A stretch of DNA of 22,219 nucleotides, taken from Candidatus Methylomirabilales bacterium (GTDB taxonomy: Bacteria > Methylomirabilota > Methylomirabilia > Methylomirabilales > CSP1-5). Where the stretch lies: contig JBHIAH010000042.1 in assembly GCA_046758505.1 (NCBI GenBank), positions 1-22,219 on the forward strand, written 5' to 3'. Shown here one piece after another: positions 7,158 to 15,397 of the stretch (positions are counted from its first letter, which is position 1; each line of letters begins with the position of its first letter). Both the position numbers and the translations under genes were made by a program. The notes below the pieces were generated by a model, which had not been told where the DNA came from, ran no database searches, and was given only the letters and a program-made list of their open reading frames with translations.

Positions 7158-7458
7158 GGCAAGGCCGAAGAGAGTGCGGTCGTCAGGCGGAACCCGGTAT
7201 CATCCATGATCCCTCCAGCGTTTCTGATGTCCTGGTGTACTGTACCAAACGACGAGGCCGTTCCGCAATTTCTCCGTAGCGACCCCGGCGTCGCTCAGCC
7301 TTCTCGCCCGTCTCCGGTAGTGCTCCCCCAACGCGCGCTGCCCGGAAGGCGCCCCTCCGGGTTCTCCGCCGTGTCCGGCCGGACGCTCCCGGCACACGAC
7401 CGGAACGCTCACGCCGGCCCAGCCACACCGCGCGCCCCTTTTCCACCACCGACACCCA

Positions 7459-7467
7459 TGGTAAGAT
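7459..7467 (+). promoter_or_regulatory. Putative extended -10 (TG-G-TAAGAT) for the ArsC-like selenoprotein gene
   Basis: TGGTAAGAT lies about 30 nt upstream of ATG 7496 and is followed by the RBS GGGAGGG. Confidence 0.45.
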
Positions 7468-7495
7468 ACTCTCAGGACACGGGAGGGAACATCGC

Positions 7496-7861
7496 ATGGT
7501 CAAGGCCATTCTTTACAATCTGGAGGGGTGACCCACCTGCGCCGAGGCGAGGGAGTTTCTCTCGCGACACCGGATCCCCATCACCCTCCACGAAATCTCA
7601 ACAAGCCCCTTGGGCCCCCAAGAGACCCGGGCGCTGGTGCGGCAACACCAAGAGCTCTGGGTCAAAGTGGGATCAGCAATCCAAGAGTGGGATCGTCGCC
7701 ACACCGAGATCACGGACGAGGAAATCATTCGCTACCTCGTCCATCGGGATGGCAGACTGCGGGTCCCGGTCCTCTCCCGGGGCCCCATCCTCATTCGAGG
7801 CTTCACGGAAGCCCTGTACCGCCAGATTCTCGTCCCAGAGGCCGAGCGACCCCTTTTATAG
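7496..7861 (+). CDS. ArsC/Spx-like thioredoxin-fold selenoprotein (121 aa, UxxC motif)
   Basis: GGGAGGG RBS and ATG 7496 give MVKAILYNLEG-[TGA 7529-7531]-PTCAEAREFLSRHRIP..., in frame with the listed 7610-7861 ORF. That ORF ends in the ArsC-type 'GRLRVPVLSRGPILIRGF'. Confidence 0.85.
7547..7565 (+). promoter_or_regulatory. Putative bacterial SECIS element
   Basis: GCGAGGGA-GUU-UCUCUCGC: 8-bp stem with apical G-U, loop G 24 nt after the UGA. Confidence 0.6.
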
Positions 7862-7988
7862 CAGTCGGCAGCCGGCTGTCAGCAAGAATTCGGACCCACC
7901 GAAGAATACTAAAGCCGACCGCTGATAGCCTATCGCCGATTGCTGTTTGCTTTTTTGCTGACTGCTGATAGCAGATAGCGGTCACTGC
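7860..7988. repeat. Inverted arrays of degenerate heptamers (CAGC/GCTG type) between convergent genes
   Basis: agcagtcggcagccggctgtcagc ... gctgatagcctatcgccgattgctg ... gctgactgctgatagcagatagc. Confidence 0.65.
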
Positions 7989-9598
7989 TAGGGGTGAAGA
8001 CGGGAGCTCACTTCGGCAGCGATGCGTTGCCAGACAGGCGAGGTCCGATCAGGAGGCAGGATCGCCTCGATGAGGAAGAATGTCTTACTCTCGGCCGCCT
8101 GTTCCAAGGCCTGGCGGAACTGCCGGCGTGTATGGACCCGGGTCCCCTCCCCCCCCATGCACCGAGCGATACCCACATAGTCCCAAGAGCGAAGGTCAAA
8201 GTACGGTTTAGGACCGGCGATGCCCTTCAGGGTCCCGTAGCAGCCATTATTCCAGAGGACGATAATGGGGTTGAGTTCGAGCCGCGCCGCTGTCCCGAGC
8301 TCCATCCCAGTCATCTGGAATCCGCCGTCACCCACAAAGGCGATGGCCCGCTGCTCCGGCATTGCCAACCCCGCCGCGATGGCCGCGGGAACCCCGAAAC
8401 CCATGCTGTTATAGTATCCCGGGCCGAGGAAGTGATCGGTCCGAAGGTCAACACTGGCATACAGGCAATCCCCCACGTCCGAGAGGACAATGTACTTCCC
8501 CGGTTGGAGAAAGCGATTCATCTCTTCAATAATGGTGAGGGGATCCAGTCGCCCCCCCGGATGCCCCGTAGGCCCCCCCGCCTCCGGCAAGGGGGCAAAG
8601 GGATGCGATCGTACCTCTTCAGAGGCCAGAAGATAGTCGATGAGGTCCACCATATTCACCTCGAGGTAGCGGTGATAACTCACCACCAACTCCTCCGAGG
8701 AGGCGGAGATGAGCTTGGCCCGGTCGATCTTCGCTGTAAAGAGACCGGTGTTGACGTCGGTCAGGAAGGCACCCAGCATGAGGACACAATCGGCGTTCTC
8801 AATCATCTCCCGTGCCCCCTGTGACCCGGCCCGGCCCATGTACAGGCCGACGAAGTGCGGATGATTTTCCGGGAAGACCGTCTTCCCTTCCAGGGAAGTC
8901 ACGATTGGGACGTTCAACTTTTCCACCAGCGCGATGAGCTGCTCCCGTAGGTCAAACCGCTCGATCTCGACCCCAGCATAGATGGCGGGCCGCAGGCTCC
9001 GGTTCAGTCGATCAACGACCTCGCCCATAGCCTCTTCCAGGGCTGCCCGGCCGGGCCGCTCGGCCCCCGGCGGCCTCCCCGAGGCACGACCAGTCACCTC
9101 CACCATGTCTCTGGGAACCTCCAGATAGCCTGGGCGCTTCAGCTGGAGGATGGTGGCCAGCACCCGATCGATCTCCCGTAGGGCGGTGGTCGGATCGTGT
9201 ATAACCGCTGCTGCTGCCGCAACCTCGCGGTATACGTGCAACTGGGACTCAAAGGTCTTCACGCGATGATGCAAGAGGGCATCCAGGTCCCTGTCTCTGA
9301 TCTCCGGAGCCCCGCTCAGCACGAGGACCGGCGACTTCTCGGCGTAGGCCTGGGCAATGGGATTTACCATGTTGAGACCGCCAGCGCCAAAGGTGACCAG
9401 GGCCACCCCGAGGCCACGCAACCTCGCGTAGGCGTCCGCGGCGAACCCCGCAGAGGGCTCGTGGGTCACCACCACCGGCCGGAGGCCTGCCGCTTCCTGG
9501 GCCTCCCAGAGGGGAAGAGCAAAGTCGCCGGGAATCCCGAAGATGTGCTCTACTCCCCGGGCCTTGATCTGACGGAAGAGGTACGCTCCGATCTTCAC
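7988..9598 (-). CDS. ipdC: ThDP-dependent alpha-keto acid decarboxylase (indolepyruvate/phenylpyruvate decarboxylase family)
   Basis: 'IFGIPGDF', 'HEPSAGFAADAYAR', 'LLHH' and the ThDP motif 'GDGGFQMTG...WNN'. Substrate not determinable from sequence. Confidence 0.85.
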   Translation of the reverse strand: MKIGAYLFRQIKARGVEHIFGIPGDFALPLWEAQEAAGLRPVVVTHEPSAGFAADAYARLRGLGVALVTFGAGGLNMVNPIAQAYAEKSPVLVLSGAPEIRDRDLDALLHHRVKTFESQLHVYREVAAAAAVIHDPTTALREIDRVLATILQLKRPGYLEVPRDMVEVTGRASGRPPGAERPGRAALEEAMGEVVDRLNRSLRPAIYAGVEIERFDLREQLIALVEKLNVPIVTSLEGKTVFPENHPHFVGLYMGRAGSQGAREMIENADCVLMLGAFLTDVNTGLFTAKIDRAKLISASSEELVVSYHRYLEVNMVDLIDYLLASEEVRSHPFAPLPEAGGPTGHPGGRLDPLTIIEEMNRFLQPGKYIVLSDVGDCLYASVDLRTDHFLGPGYYNSMGFGVPAAIAAGLAMPEQRAIAFVGDGGFQMTGMELGTAARLELNPIIVLWNNGCYGTLKGIAGPKPYFDLRSWDYVGIARCMGGEGTRVHTRRQFRQALEQAAESKTFFLIEAILPPDRTSPVWQRIAAEVSSRLHP

Positions 9599-10152
9599 CG
9601 GGCCTCTTTTCCCAGTAGGGACCGGGCGAGGAGAAGGCTGGCCAGCGTCATCCCATCCTGGATGCGATTGCGCTCGACCCGCCGGTACACCTCGCGGATC
9701 GGCATCGGAATCACCTGGATAAACTCGCGATCCTCCGGTTGCTGTTTGCCGGGCCTGAGTCCCGTCGCCAGATAGACATGGCAGACCTCGTCACTCATCC
9801 CGGAGTACGGGTGAAAGGACCCCAGGCGCCTCCATCGCCGGGCCCGGTAGCCGGTCTCTTCAAGCAGCTCCCGCTTCCCCGTCGCCAGCGGGGACTTCCC
9901 CCCGGTATTCCCTCCCGGAAGCTCATAGGTAAACGCCCGATTGGGGTACCGATATTGCCGGAGGAGGATGATCCGTCCGTCCGTACTGATCGGTACTACC
10001 ATCACCGAGGCGGGGATCGTGACGTAGTAGTACTCAATGACCTGATCGGTGGGGAGGCGAATCCTTTCGCGGGCGATCCGATACCACGGACAGGAAAAGG
10101 CAACAGACCTTGTGAGCACCTGCCACTGCGTCAGCCGATGCCGCCGCGCCAT
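9595..10152 (-). CDS. NUDIX hydrolase (ADP-ribose pyrophosphatase-like)
   Basis: 'RQYRYP...ELPGG...KRELLEETG'. The start is probably ATG 10152 (or 10158). The stop overlaps the decarboxylase start (GTGA). Confidence 0.88.
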   Translation of the reverse strand: MARRHRLTQWQVLTRSVAFSCPWYRIARERIRLPTDQVIEYYYVTIPASVMVVPISTDGRIILLRQYRYPNRAFTYELPGGNTGGKSPLATGKRELLEETGYRARRWRRLGSFHPYSGMSDEVCHVYLATGLRPGKQQPEDREFIQVIPMPIREVYRRVERNRIQDGMTLASLLLARSLLGKEAR

Positions 10153-10159
10153 TCGCATC

Positions 10160-10335
10160 CCCCAGTCGCTGACCGAGCTGTCAGCAGTCCGCTGTCCACA
10201 CCCAGCTGATTTCCCATTGCCAATTTCGAATTTCGAAATGGAAGGCAGGTGTATGGTTACAAAATTCGAAATCCACAATTCCATATCCGAAATACTAGAA
10301 GCTGACCGCTAACAGCTGATTGCTGATGGCTGGCT
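10160..10335. repeat. Nested heptamer arrays: CAGC/GCTG-type arms around TTCGAAA-type units
   Basis: gctgtcagcagtccgctgtcc ... aatttcgaatttcgaaat ... aattcgaaatccacaattccatatccgaaat ... gctgaccgctaacagctgattgctgatggctg. Confidence 0.65.
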
Positions 10336-11004
10336 TCAAACGGGCCACGTCTCCATGCGCCAGCTCATCTCCCAGAACGCATGCTCGTACCTGGCACTCC
10401 GCAGAAAATGCTCCTCCATCCGGGCCCGCTCCGGCCCCCCCGCCTCTTCACCCGTCGTATCGAGCAGAGCGCGGATCCACTGAGCCAGGGCGGCGAACTC
10501 GGGCGATGCGTACGTCCGGATCCATTCGCCATAGAGGGGCTGGCCCTCGGGCTCTCCCTGCTTTGCCAGGGTGGTACCGATCTCGCAATACCCCCACTGG
10601 CAGGGGAAGAGCGAGGCGACGATCTCCCCGAGGCTTCCCAACGCGGCGACGTGCAGGAGGTGGCGGGTGTAGCCGACGGCCGTCGGGGCCGGCTTCGTCT
10701 GCTCCAGCTCCTCCCGGCTGATGCCGAACTTCTCTGCATATCCCCGGTGGAGGGCCATCTCGGTGTGCAGGGTCGCATGAAGCAGCTCGGCAAACTTCCC
10801 CATCGTGGCGAGGTCGGACCCCTTGGCCGTCGCCAGCGCGAGGACCCGGCTGTACTCAATGAGGAAGATGTAATCCTGGCGGATATAAAACTTGAACTTG
10901 TCGACCGCCAGCGTCCCGTCACCAATCCCACGGACGAAGGGATGGTGCAGGGTCTTTTGCCAGATCGGCTCCGCCTTTTTCCAGAGCAACCCAGAAAAAC
11001 TCAC
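10336..11004 (-). CDS. tenA: Thiaminase II / aminopyrimidine aminohydrolase
   Basis: 'HPFVRGIGDGTL', 'FYIRQDY', catalytic Cys in 'LFPCQWGY', 'YGEWIRTYAS' and 'YEHAFW'. GGAGG RBS upstream. Confidence 0.93.
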   Translation of the reverse strand: MSFSGLLWKKAEPIWQKTLHHPFVRGIGDGTLAVDKFKFYIRQDYIFLIEYSRVLALATAKGSDLATMGKFAELLHATLHTEMALHRGYAEKFGISREELEQTKPAPTAVGYTRHLLHVAALGSLGEIVASLFPCQWGYCEIGTTLAKQGEPEGQPLYGEWIRTYASPEFAALAQWIRALLDTTGEEAGGPERARMEEHFLRSARYEHAFWEMSWRMETWPV

Positions 11005-11024
11005 CGCCGTCCTCCGCTTGAAGA

Positions 11025-11118
11025 AGCTGTCCGCAGTCAGTGATCAGCTGTCAGCAATAAGGGAAAAATACTCGCCGCAGTATTTGCTGATTGCTGATTG
11101 CTGGCCGCTGATAGCTGG
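11025..11118. repeat. Inverted heptamer arrays forming a long imperfect hairpin
   Basis: cagtcagtgatcagctgtcagcaa ... ttgctgattgctgattgctggccgctgatagc. Confidence 0.65.
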
Positions 11119-11122
11119 TTTG

Positions 11123-12106
11123 TTAGATGTGAAATTCGATGACGTCCCCTTCGTGCACCAGGTACTCCCGGTGGACTTTCTGCCCGTCGAATTTACCCGC
11201 CCCCCAGACGCGGGCGAACTTGAGCTTGGCGGCGAAGTCCTTATGGACCCCCTCGGCCGCCTGCAGAAGGGTGCTCCCCCTCGGCAGCGTCACCGGATGG
11301 GAAAAATCCGCTGCCTTACCCGGGGCCTTCGTGTAGATCCGGAGCACTTCCAGGGCCTCGTAGAGCCGCTGCCCGATCTCCGCCAAACCGGTCCCCGCGA
11401 GCGCCGAAACCATCAGGACCGGAAAGCGCCCTCCCGCATGCTCGCGGAGGAGCAGGAACCGATCCCCCCCTCCGGGGAGGTCCGCCTTGTTCCCCACCAT
11501 GAGGGTCCGTTTCACGACCTGTCCCGGCTCCGTGATGTGCTCTCTGGCGCCCCCGGGGAGGATCTTGGCCTGGACGAGGATCTTCTCGGTCGCCTCCACG
11601 TCCTCGAGGAGGTTTTCAGATCCCAGATCTACGACCCAGAGGATCAGATCCGCGCTCCGAATGATACCGAAGACCCACCCCTCGACCAGGCCGGGCGCGA
11701 CCGCCGGCAGGTCCACGAGCTGGATCTTCACGTTTTCGAACGCGAGCATCGCGGGAAGCGGCTTCCTCGTGGTGAATGGGTACTCCGCCACCTCCGGCCG
11801 AGCGTTGGTGAGCTGACGCACCAGGGCGGACTTCCCGGCATTCGGCCCGCCGACGAGCACCACCTGCCCGATCCCTTCGCGCTCTACGAAGATCCCGGTC
11901 CCTCGCTTGGTCGCCGGGCGCCGCTCGAGCTCAGTCTTGAGCTTGGAGATCCGCCGCTTCAGATCCGCCTGGAGCTTCTCCGTCCCCTTGTGCTTGGGGA
12001 TGACCCCGAGCATCTCTTCGAGCGCCCGAATCTTTTCCAGGGGGTGCTTCGCCTGACGGAATCGCTTTTCGGCGTCGAGATACTGTGGGGGGAGATTGGC
12101 CGGCAT
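11123..12106 (-). CDS. OBG-superfamily DRG-like GTPase with C-terminal TGS domain
   Basis: N-terminal 'MPANLPPQY...PKHKGTEKL', G1 GGPNAGKS, G2 YPFTT, G3 DLPA, G4 NKAD and TGS 'FARVWG...GQKV...GDVIEFH'. Confidence 0.9.
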   Translation of the reverse strand: MPANLPPQYLDAEKRFRQAKHPLEKIRALEEMLGVIPKHKGTEKLQADLKRRISKLKTELERRPATKRGTGIFVEREGIGQVVLVGGPNAGKSALVRQLTNARPEVAEYPFTTRKPLPAMLAFENVKIQLVDLPAVAPGLVEGWVFGIIRSADLILWVVDLGSENLLEDVEATEKILVQAKILPGGAREHITEPGQVVKRTLMVGNKADLPGGGDRFLLLREHAGGRFPVLMVSALAGTGLAEIGQRLYEALEVLRIYTKAPGKAADFSHPVTLPRGSTLLQAAEGVHKDFAAKLKFARVWGAGKFDGQKVHREYLVHEGDVIEFHI

Positions 12107-12117
12107 GGCACCCTCTT

Positions 12118-12230
12118 CCAGCCATCAGCAATCAGCTGCCCGCTGTCCGCAAAGAGCCAAAAACTATTCGCAGTCAGCTAAGAGCGGCTTTCTCAATTTG
12201 CTGATTGCTGACCGCTGATTGCTGACTGCT
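12118..12230. repeat. Inverted heptamer arrays overlapping the 3' end of mnmG
   Basis: cagccatcagcaatcagctgcccgctgtccgc ... gctgattgctgaccgctgattgctgactgc. Confidence 0.65.
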
Positions 12231-14101
12231 CTCCCCCCCCGTCGGCGACGTTCCAGATACACGAGGAGGATCGAGAGGGCGGCGGGGGTCACGCCAGAGA
12301 CGCGAGAGGCCTGCCCGATGGATGTCGGACGGATGGCACTGAGCTTCTCCCTAACCTCATTGGAGAGCCCCGGGATCGCGCGGTAGTCCATATCCTCGGA
12401 AACCCGCCTGGCCTCGAGACGCTTGAACCTTTCCACCTCCTGGAGCTGCCGGTCGATATACCCCTGATATTTGACCTGGACCTCAACCTGGTGGATCACT
12501 TCGGGGTCCCCCTGCTCCATCTCCCCGCCCATCGCGAGGAGGTCCGCGTAGCGAACTTCGGGCCGCCTCAGCACCTGGATCAGCGGGGTGACCTCGGTCA
12601 AGGGGGTGGTCTCACGATCGGTGAGCACCGCATTCACCGCCGGGGTGGGATAGATTTTTCGGTGTGTGATCCGCTCCATGGTCTCCCGAATCCCCCGCCG
12701 CTTCTTCTCCAGACGCTCGTACTGCGCACGCGAGATCAACCCAAGACGGTACCCTTTTTCCATCAGGCGGAGATCGACGTTGTCCTCGCGAAGGAGCAAG
12801 CGGTACTCGGCCCGGGAGGTGAGCATCCGATACGGTTCATCGGTCCCTCGGGTCACCAGATCGTCCACCAGTACCCCCATGTAAGCTTCGGAGCGGTCGA
12901 GGAGGAACGGGGGACGCCCCTGGATGGCGAGGGCAGCGTTCATCCCTGCCCAGAACCCCTGGGCCGCCGCCTCCTCGTACCCGGAGGTGCCATTGATCTG
13001 TCCGGCCGTGTAGAGCCCCCGCACCCGCTTGGTCTCCAAGGTGAGCTGCAGCTGATGGGGATGCAGAAAATCGTACTCGATGGCGTAAGCCGGCCGGAGA
13101 AACTCCGCCTTTTCCAGCCCCGGGACCGAGCGGACGAGCTCCTCCTGCACGTCAAAGGGCATGCTGTTCCCCAGGCCGCCGGGATAGATGACGTCCGAGT
13201 GACGCCCCTCCGGTTGAACGATCACCTGGTGCCGATCCTTGTCACAAAAGCGGACCACCTTGTCCTCGAGGGAGGGGCAGTACCGCGCCCCGGTCCCCTT
13301 GATGGCTCCGCCGTACAGCGCCGAGCGGTCCAGGCTCTTCCGGATGATCTCGTGCGTCCTCGCCGTCGTGTAGGTGATGTAACAGGGGACCTGAGAGAGA
13401 TCGAGCCGCGTCGTCGCGTGGGAGAAGGGGCGCGGCTCCGCATCACCGTCCTGCCGCTCCATCCGATCGAAGTCCAGCGAATCTCGCTTGAGACGGGGCG
13501 GGGTCCCGGTCTTGAACCGGCCCAGCGTAAGACCGAGCTCCCGGAGAGAATCGGAGAGGGTATGGCAGGGCCGCTCCCCCATCCGCCCGCCCGAGAAGTT
13601 CGTCGATCCGATATGAATGAGCCCCTTCATGAATGTCCCGGCGGTGATGAGGACTGCCCGGGCGCCGACGAAGGTCCCCTCCTGACCCTCGACCCCAAAG
13701 ATCCGTCCCCCCTCCATGATCAGACGCTCCACCCTTCCCTGCACGAGGTCCAATCCCTCCTGTCCCTCCACAACCCGCCGCATCGCGAGATGATAGTCGC
13801 GCTTGTCGCACATGACTCGCGAGGACCGGACTGCCGGCCCCTTGGAGGCATTCAGGAGCCGGAATTGCATCCCGCTCCGATCTGTGACCCGGGCCATTTC
13901 GCCCCCCAGGGCATCGATCTCCCGGACGAGTTGGCCCTTGGCGGTCCCGCCGATCGAGGGGCTACACGGCATGGCGGCGATGGTATCCAGGTCTAGCGTG
14001 ATCAGGAGGGTCCGACAGCCCAGACGGGCCGCAGCCAACGCCGCCTCGCAGCCAGCGTGTCCCGCCCCCACCACGATCACATCGTACGCCGTGTGAAGCA
14101 C
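12164..14101 (-). CDS. mnmG: tRNA uridine-5-carboxymethylaminomethyl(34) synthesis enzyme MnmG (GidA)
   Basis: '[11 protein letters not shown]', 'KGPAVR', 'FKTGTPPRL', 'RYCPSLEDK', '[17 protein letters not shown]' and '[14 protein letters not shown]'. Confidence 0.97.
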   Translation of the reverse strand: MLHTAYDVIVVGAGHAGCEAALAAARLGCRTLLITLDLDTIAAMPCSPSIGGTAKGQLVREIDALGGEMARVTDRSGMQFRLLNASKGPAVRSSRVMCDKRDYHLAMRRVVEGQEGLDLVQGRVERLIMEGGRIFGVEGQEGTFVGARAVLITAGTFMKGLIHIGSTNFSGGRMGERPCHTLSDSLRELGLTLGRFKTGTPPRLKRDSLDFDRMERQDGDAEPRPFSHATTRLDLSQVPCYITYTTARTHEIIRKSLDRSALYGGAIKGTGARYCPSLEDKVVRFCDKDRHQVIVQPEGRHSDVIYPGGLGNSMPFDVQEELVRSVPGLEKAEFLRPAYAIEYDFLHPHQLQLTLETKRVRGLYTAGQINGTSGYEEAAAQGFWAGMNAALAIQGRPPFLLDRSEAYMGVLVDDLVTRGTDEPYRMLTSRAEYRLLLREDNVDLRLMEKGYRLGLISRAQYERLEKKRRGIRETMERITHRKIYPTPAVNAVLTDRETTPLTEVTPLIQVLRRPEVRYADLLAMGGEMEQGDPEVIHQVEVQVKYQGYIDRQLQEVERFKRLEARRVSEDMDYRAIPGLSNEVREKLSAIRPTSIGQASRVSGVTPAALSILLVYLERRRRGGRAVSNQRSAISKLRKPLLADCE

Positions 14102-14114
14102 CGTGACTCTCTCC

Positions 14115-14326
14115 TGATAGCTGTCAGGAATCAGCGGTCAGCACGGAAGAACAGGGCTGTCGGCCGCCAGCAGTCCACTGTCCGCAAGATGTCAGCTATC
14201 AGCAGTCGGCGGTCCGCTGCCAGCAAGAATTCGAAGCGACCGCAGCCCAACCAAGGCTGCCTGCTGAATGCGGACGGCTGGGAGCTGTTGGTTCATTGCT
14301 GACCGCTGACAGCCGACAGCTGGCTG
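14115..14326. repeat. Extended heptamer arrays between divergent mnmG and the radical SAM gene
   Basis: ctgtcaggaatcagcggtcagc, gtcagctatcagcagtcggcggtccgctgccagc and gctgaccgctgacagccgacagc. Confidence 0.65.
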
Positions 14327-14327
14327 C

Positions 14328-14357
14328 TTGCAATCCGGCATAGCGTCGGGATAAGAT
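14328..14357 (+). promoter_or_regulatory. Putative sigma70 promoter TTGCAA-N18-TAAGAT (near-leaderless transcript)
   Basis: The -10 ends about 10 nt before ATG 14367. No SD is visible. Confidence 0.4.
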
Positions 14358-14366
14358 ACAGCGATT

Positions 14367-15308
14367 ATGATATCAGCTTCCGCGACACAAACCAAGCGCT
14401 ACACCGATCTGCGCGGCTTCTTGCAGCAGCGATTCGGCTGCCGGGTTCACAAGATCACCCTGGATGCCCACCTGAGCTGCCCGAATCACGACGGCACCAA
14501 GGCGGTCGGGGGCTGCATCTTCTGCCATCAAGGTTCTGGGCATTCAACGGTCGGCGCCGAGACCATTTCCGAGCAGCTCGAGCGGGGCAAGGTCTCTGTC
14601 CGCCGGCGGCACAAGGCGGACAAGTTTCTGGCCTACTTCCAGCGGTACACCAACACCTACGCCCCGGTCGAGACCCTCAGGCACCTGTACGACGAGGCAC
14701 TCGCGGTCACGGACATCGTCGGTCTGGTGGTCGGGACGCGACCCGACTGCGCCCCCGATCCGGTCCTCGACCTGCTTCAGGGGTATGCGCAACGGACCTA
14801 CGTCTCAATCGAATACGGGCTGCAGTCGATTCATGACCGGACCCTTGCCCGGGTCAACCGGGCCCACGGCTCGGCCGAGTTTTGTGACGCCGTACACCGG
14901 ACGGCGGGGCGGGGGATCCATACCTGTGTTCACGTTATGCTCGGCCTCCCGGGAGAGACGCGGGCGGACATGCGGGCAACCGCGCACGCGATTGCGGGCC
15001 TCCCCCTCGACGGGATCAAGATCCACCTCACCTACGTCCTCAAGCATACGGTGCTGGGAGACATGTTCCTGCAGGGATCGTATCGACCGATGGAGATGAC
15101 GGAGTATGTCGAGACGGTCTGCGACATTGTGGAGCTCCTCCCGCCAGGGATGGTGATCCACCGGTTGACCGGGGACCCCCCTCGACGCCTCCTCCTCGCC
15201 CCCCCGTGGGCCCTGCGCAAATGGCAGACCCTCAACGCCATTCAGGTCGAGCTCGACCGGCGAGGCAGCTTCCAGGGGCGCGGATGGATTTCCCCCGCGC
15301 CTCGATGA
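14367..15308 (+). CDS. TIGR01212 family radical SAM protein (YhcC-like)
   Basis: 'SCPNHDGT..GGCIFC', 'AYFQRYTNTYAP', 'GTRPDC', 'EYGLQSIHD' and 'IHRLTGD'. Confidence 0.92.
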   Translation: MISASATQTKRYTDLRGFLQQRFGCRVHKITLDAHLSCPNHDGTKAVGGCIFCHQGSGHSTVGAETISEQLERGKVSVRRRHKADKFLAYFQRYTNTYAPVETLRHLYDEALAVTDIVGLVVGTRPDCAPDPVLDLLQGYAQRTYVSIEYGLQSIHDRTLARVNRAHGSAEFCDAVHRTAGRGIHTCVHVMLGLPGETRADMRATAHAIAGLPLDGIKIHLTYVLKHTVLGDMFLQGSYRPMEMTEYVETVCDIVELLPPGMVIHRLTGDPPRRLLLAPPWALRKWQTLNAIQVELDRRGSFQGRGWISPAPR

Positions 15309-15397
15309 CCGCACGGCCCGGCTTGAGGTTGCAGCAATGACAAGAGACGGGCGGCCATCGGGGCCGATGAACCCCTGAGCCTCTCACGGAGCGCATC

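Noticed and set aside
7145..7207. Short minus-strand ORF MDDTGFRL...CLS-TGA with a GGAGG RBS, possibly reading into the 6626-7057 ORF
   Set aside because: The downstream frame is S/T/P/R-rich shadow sequence overlapping the more credible 6684-7157 frame.
10159..10284. N-terminal extension of the NUDIX ORF
   Set aside because: It is a translation of the intergenic heptamer repeats.
11005..11122. TPP riboswitch upstream of tenA
   Set aside because: No CTGAGA/ATACCC/CTGAT..GGGA core. The gap is occupied by heptamer arrays.
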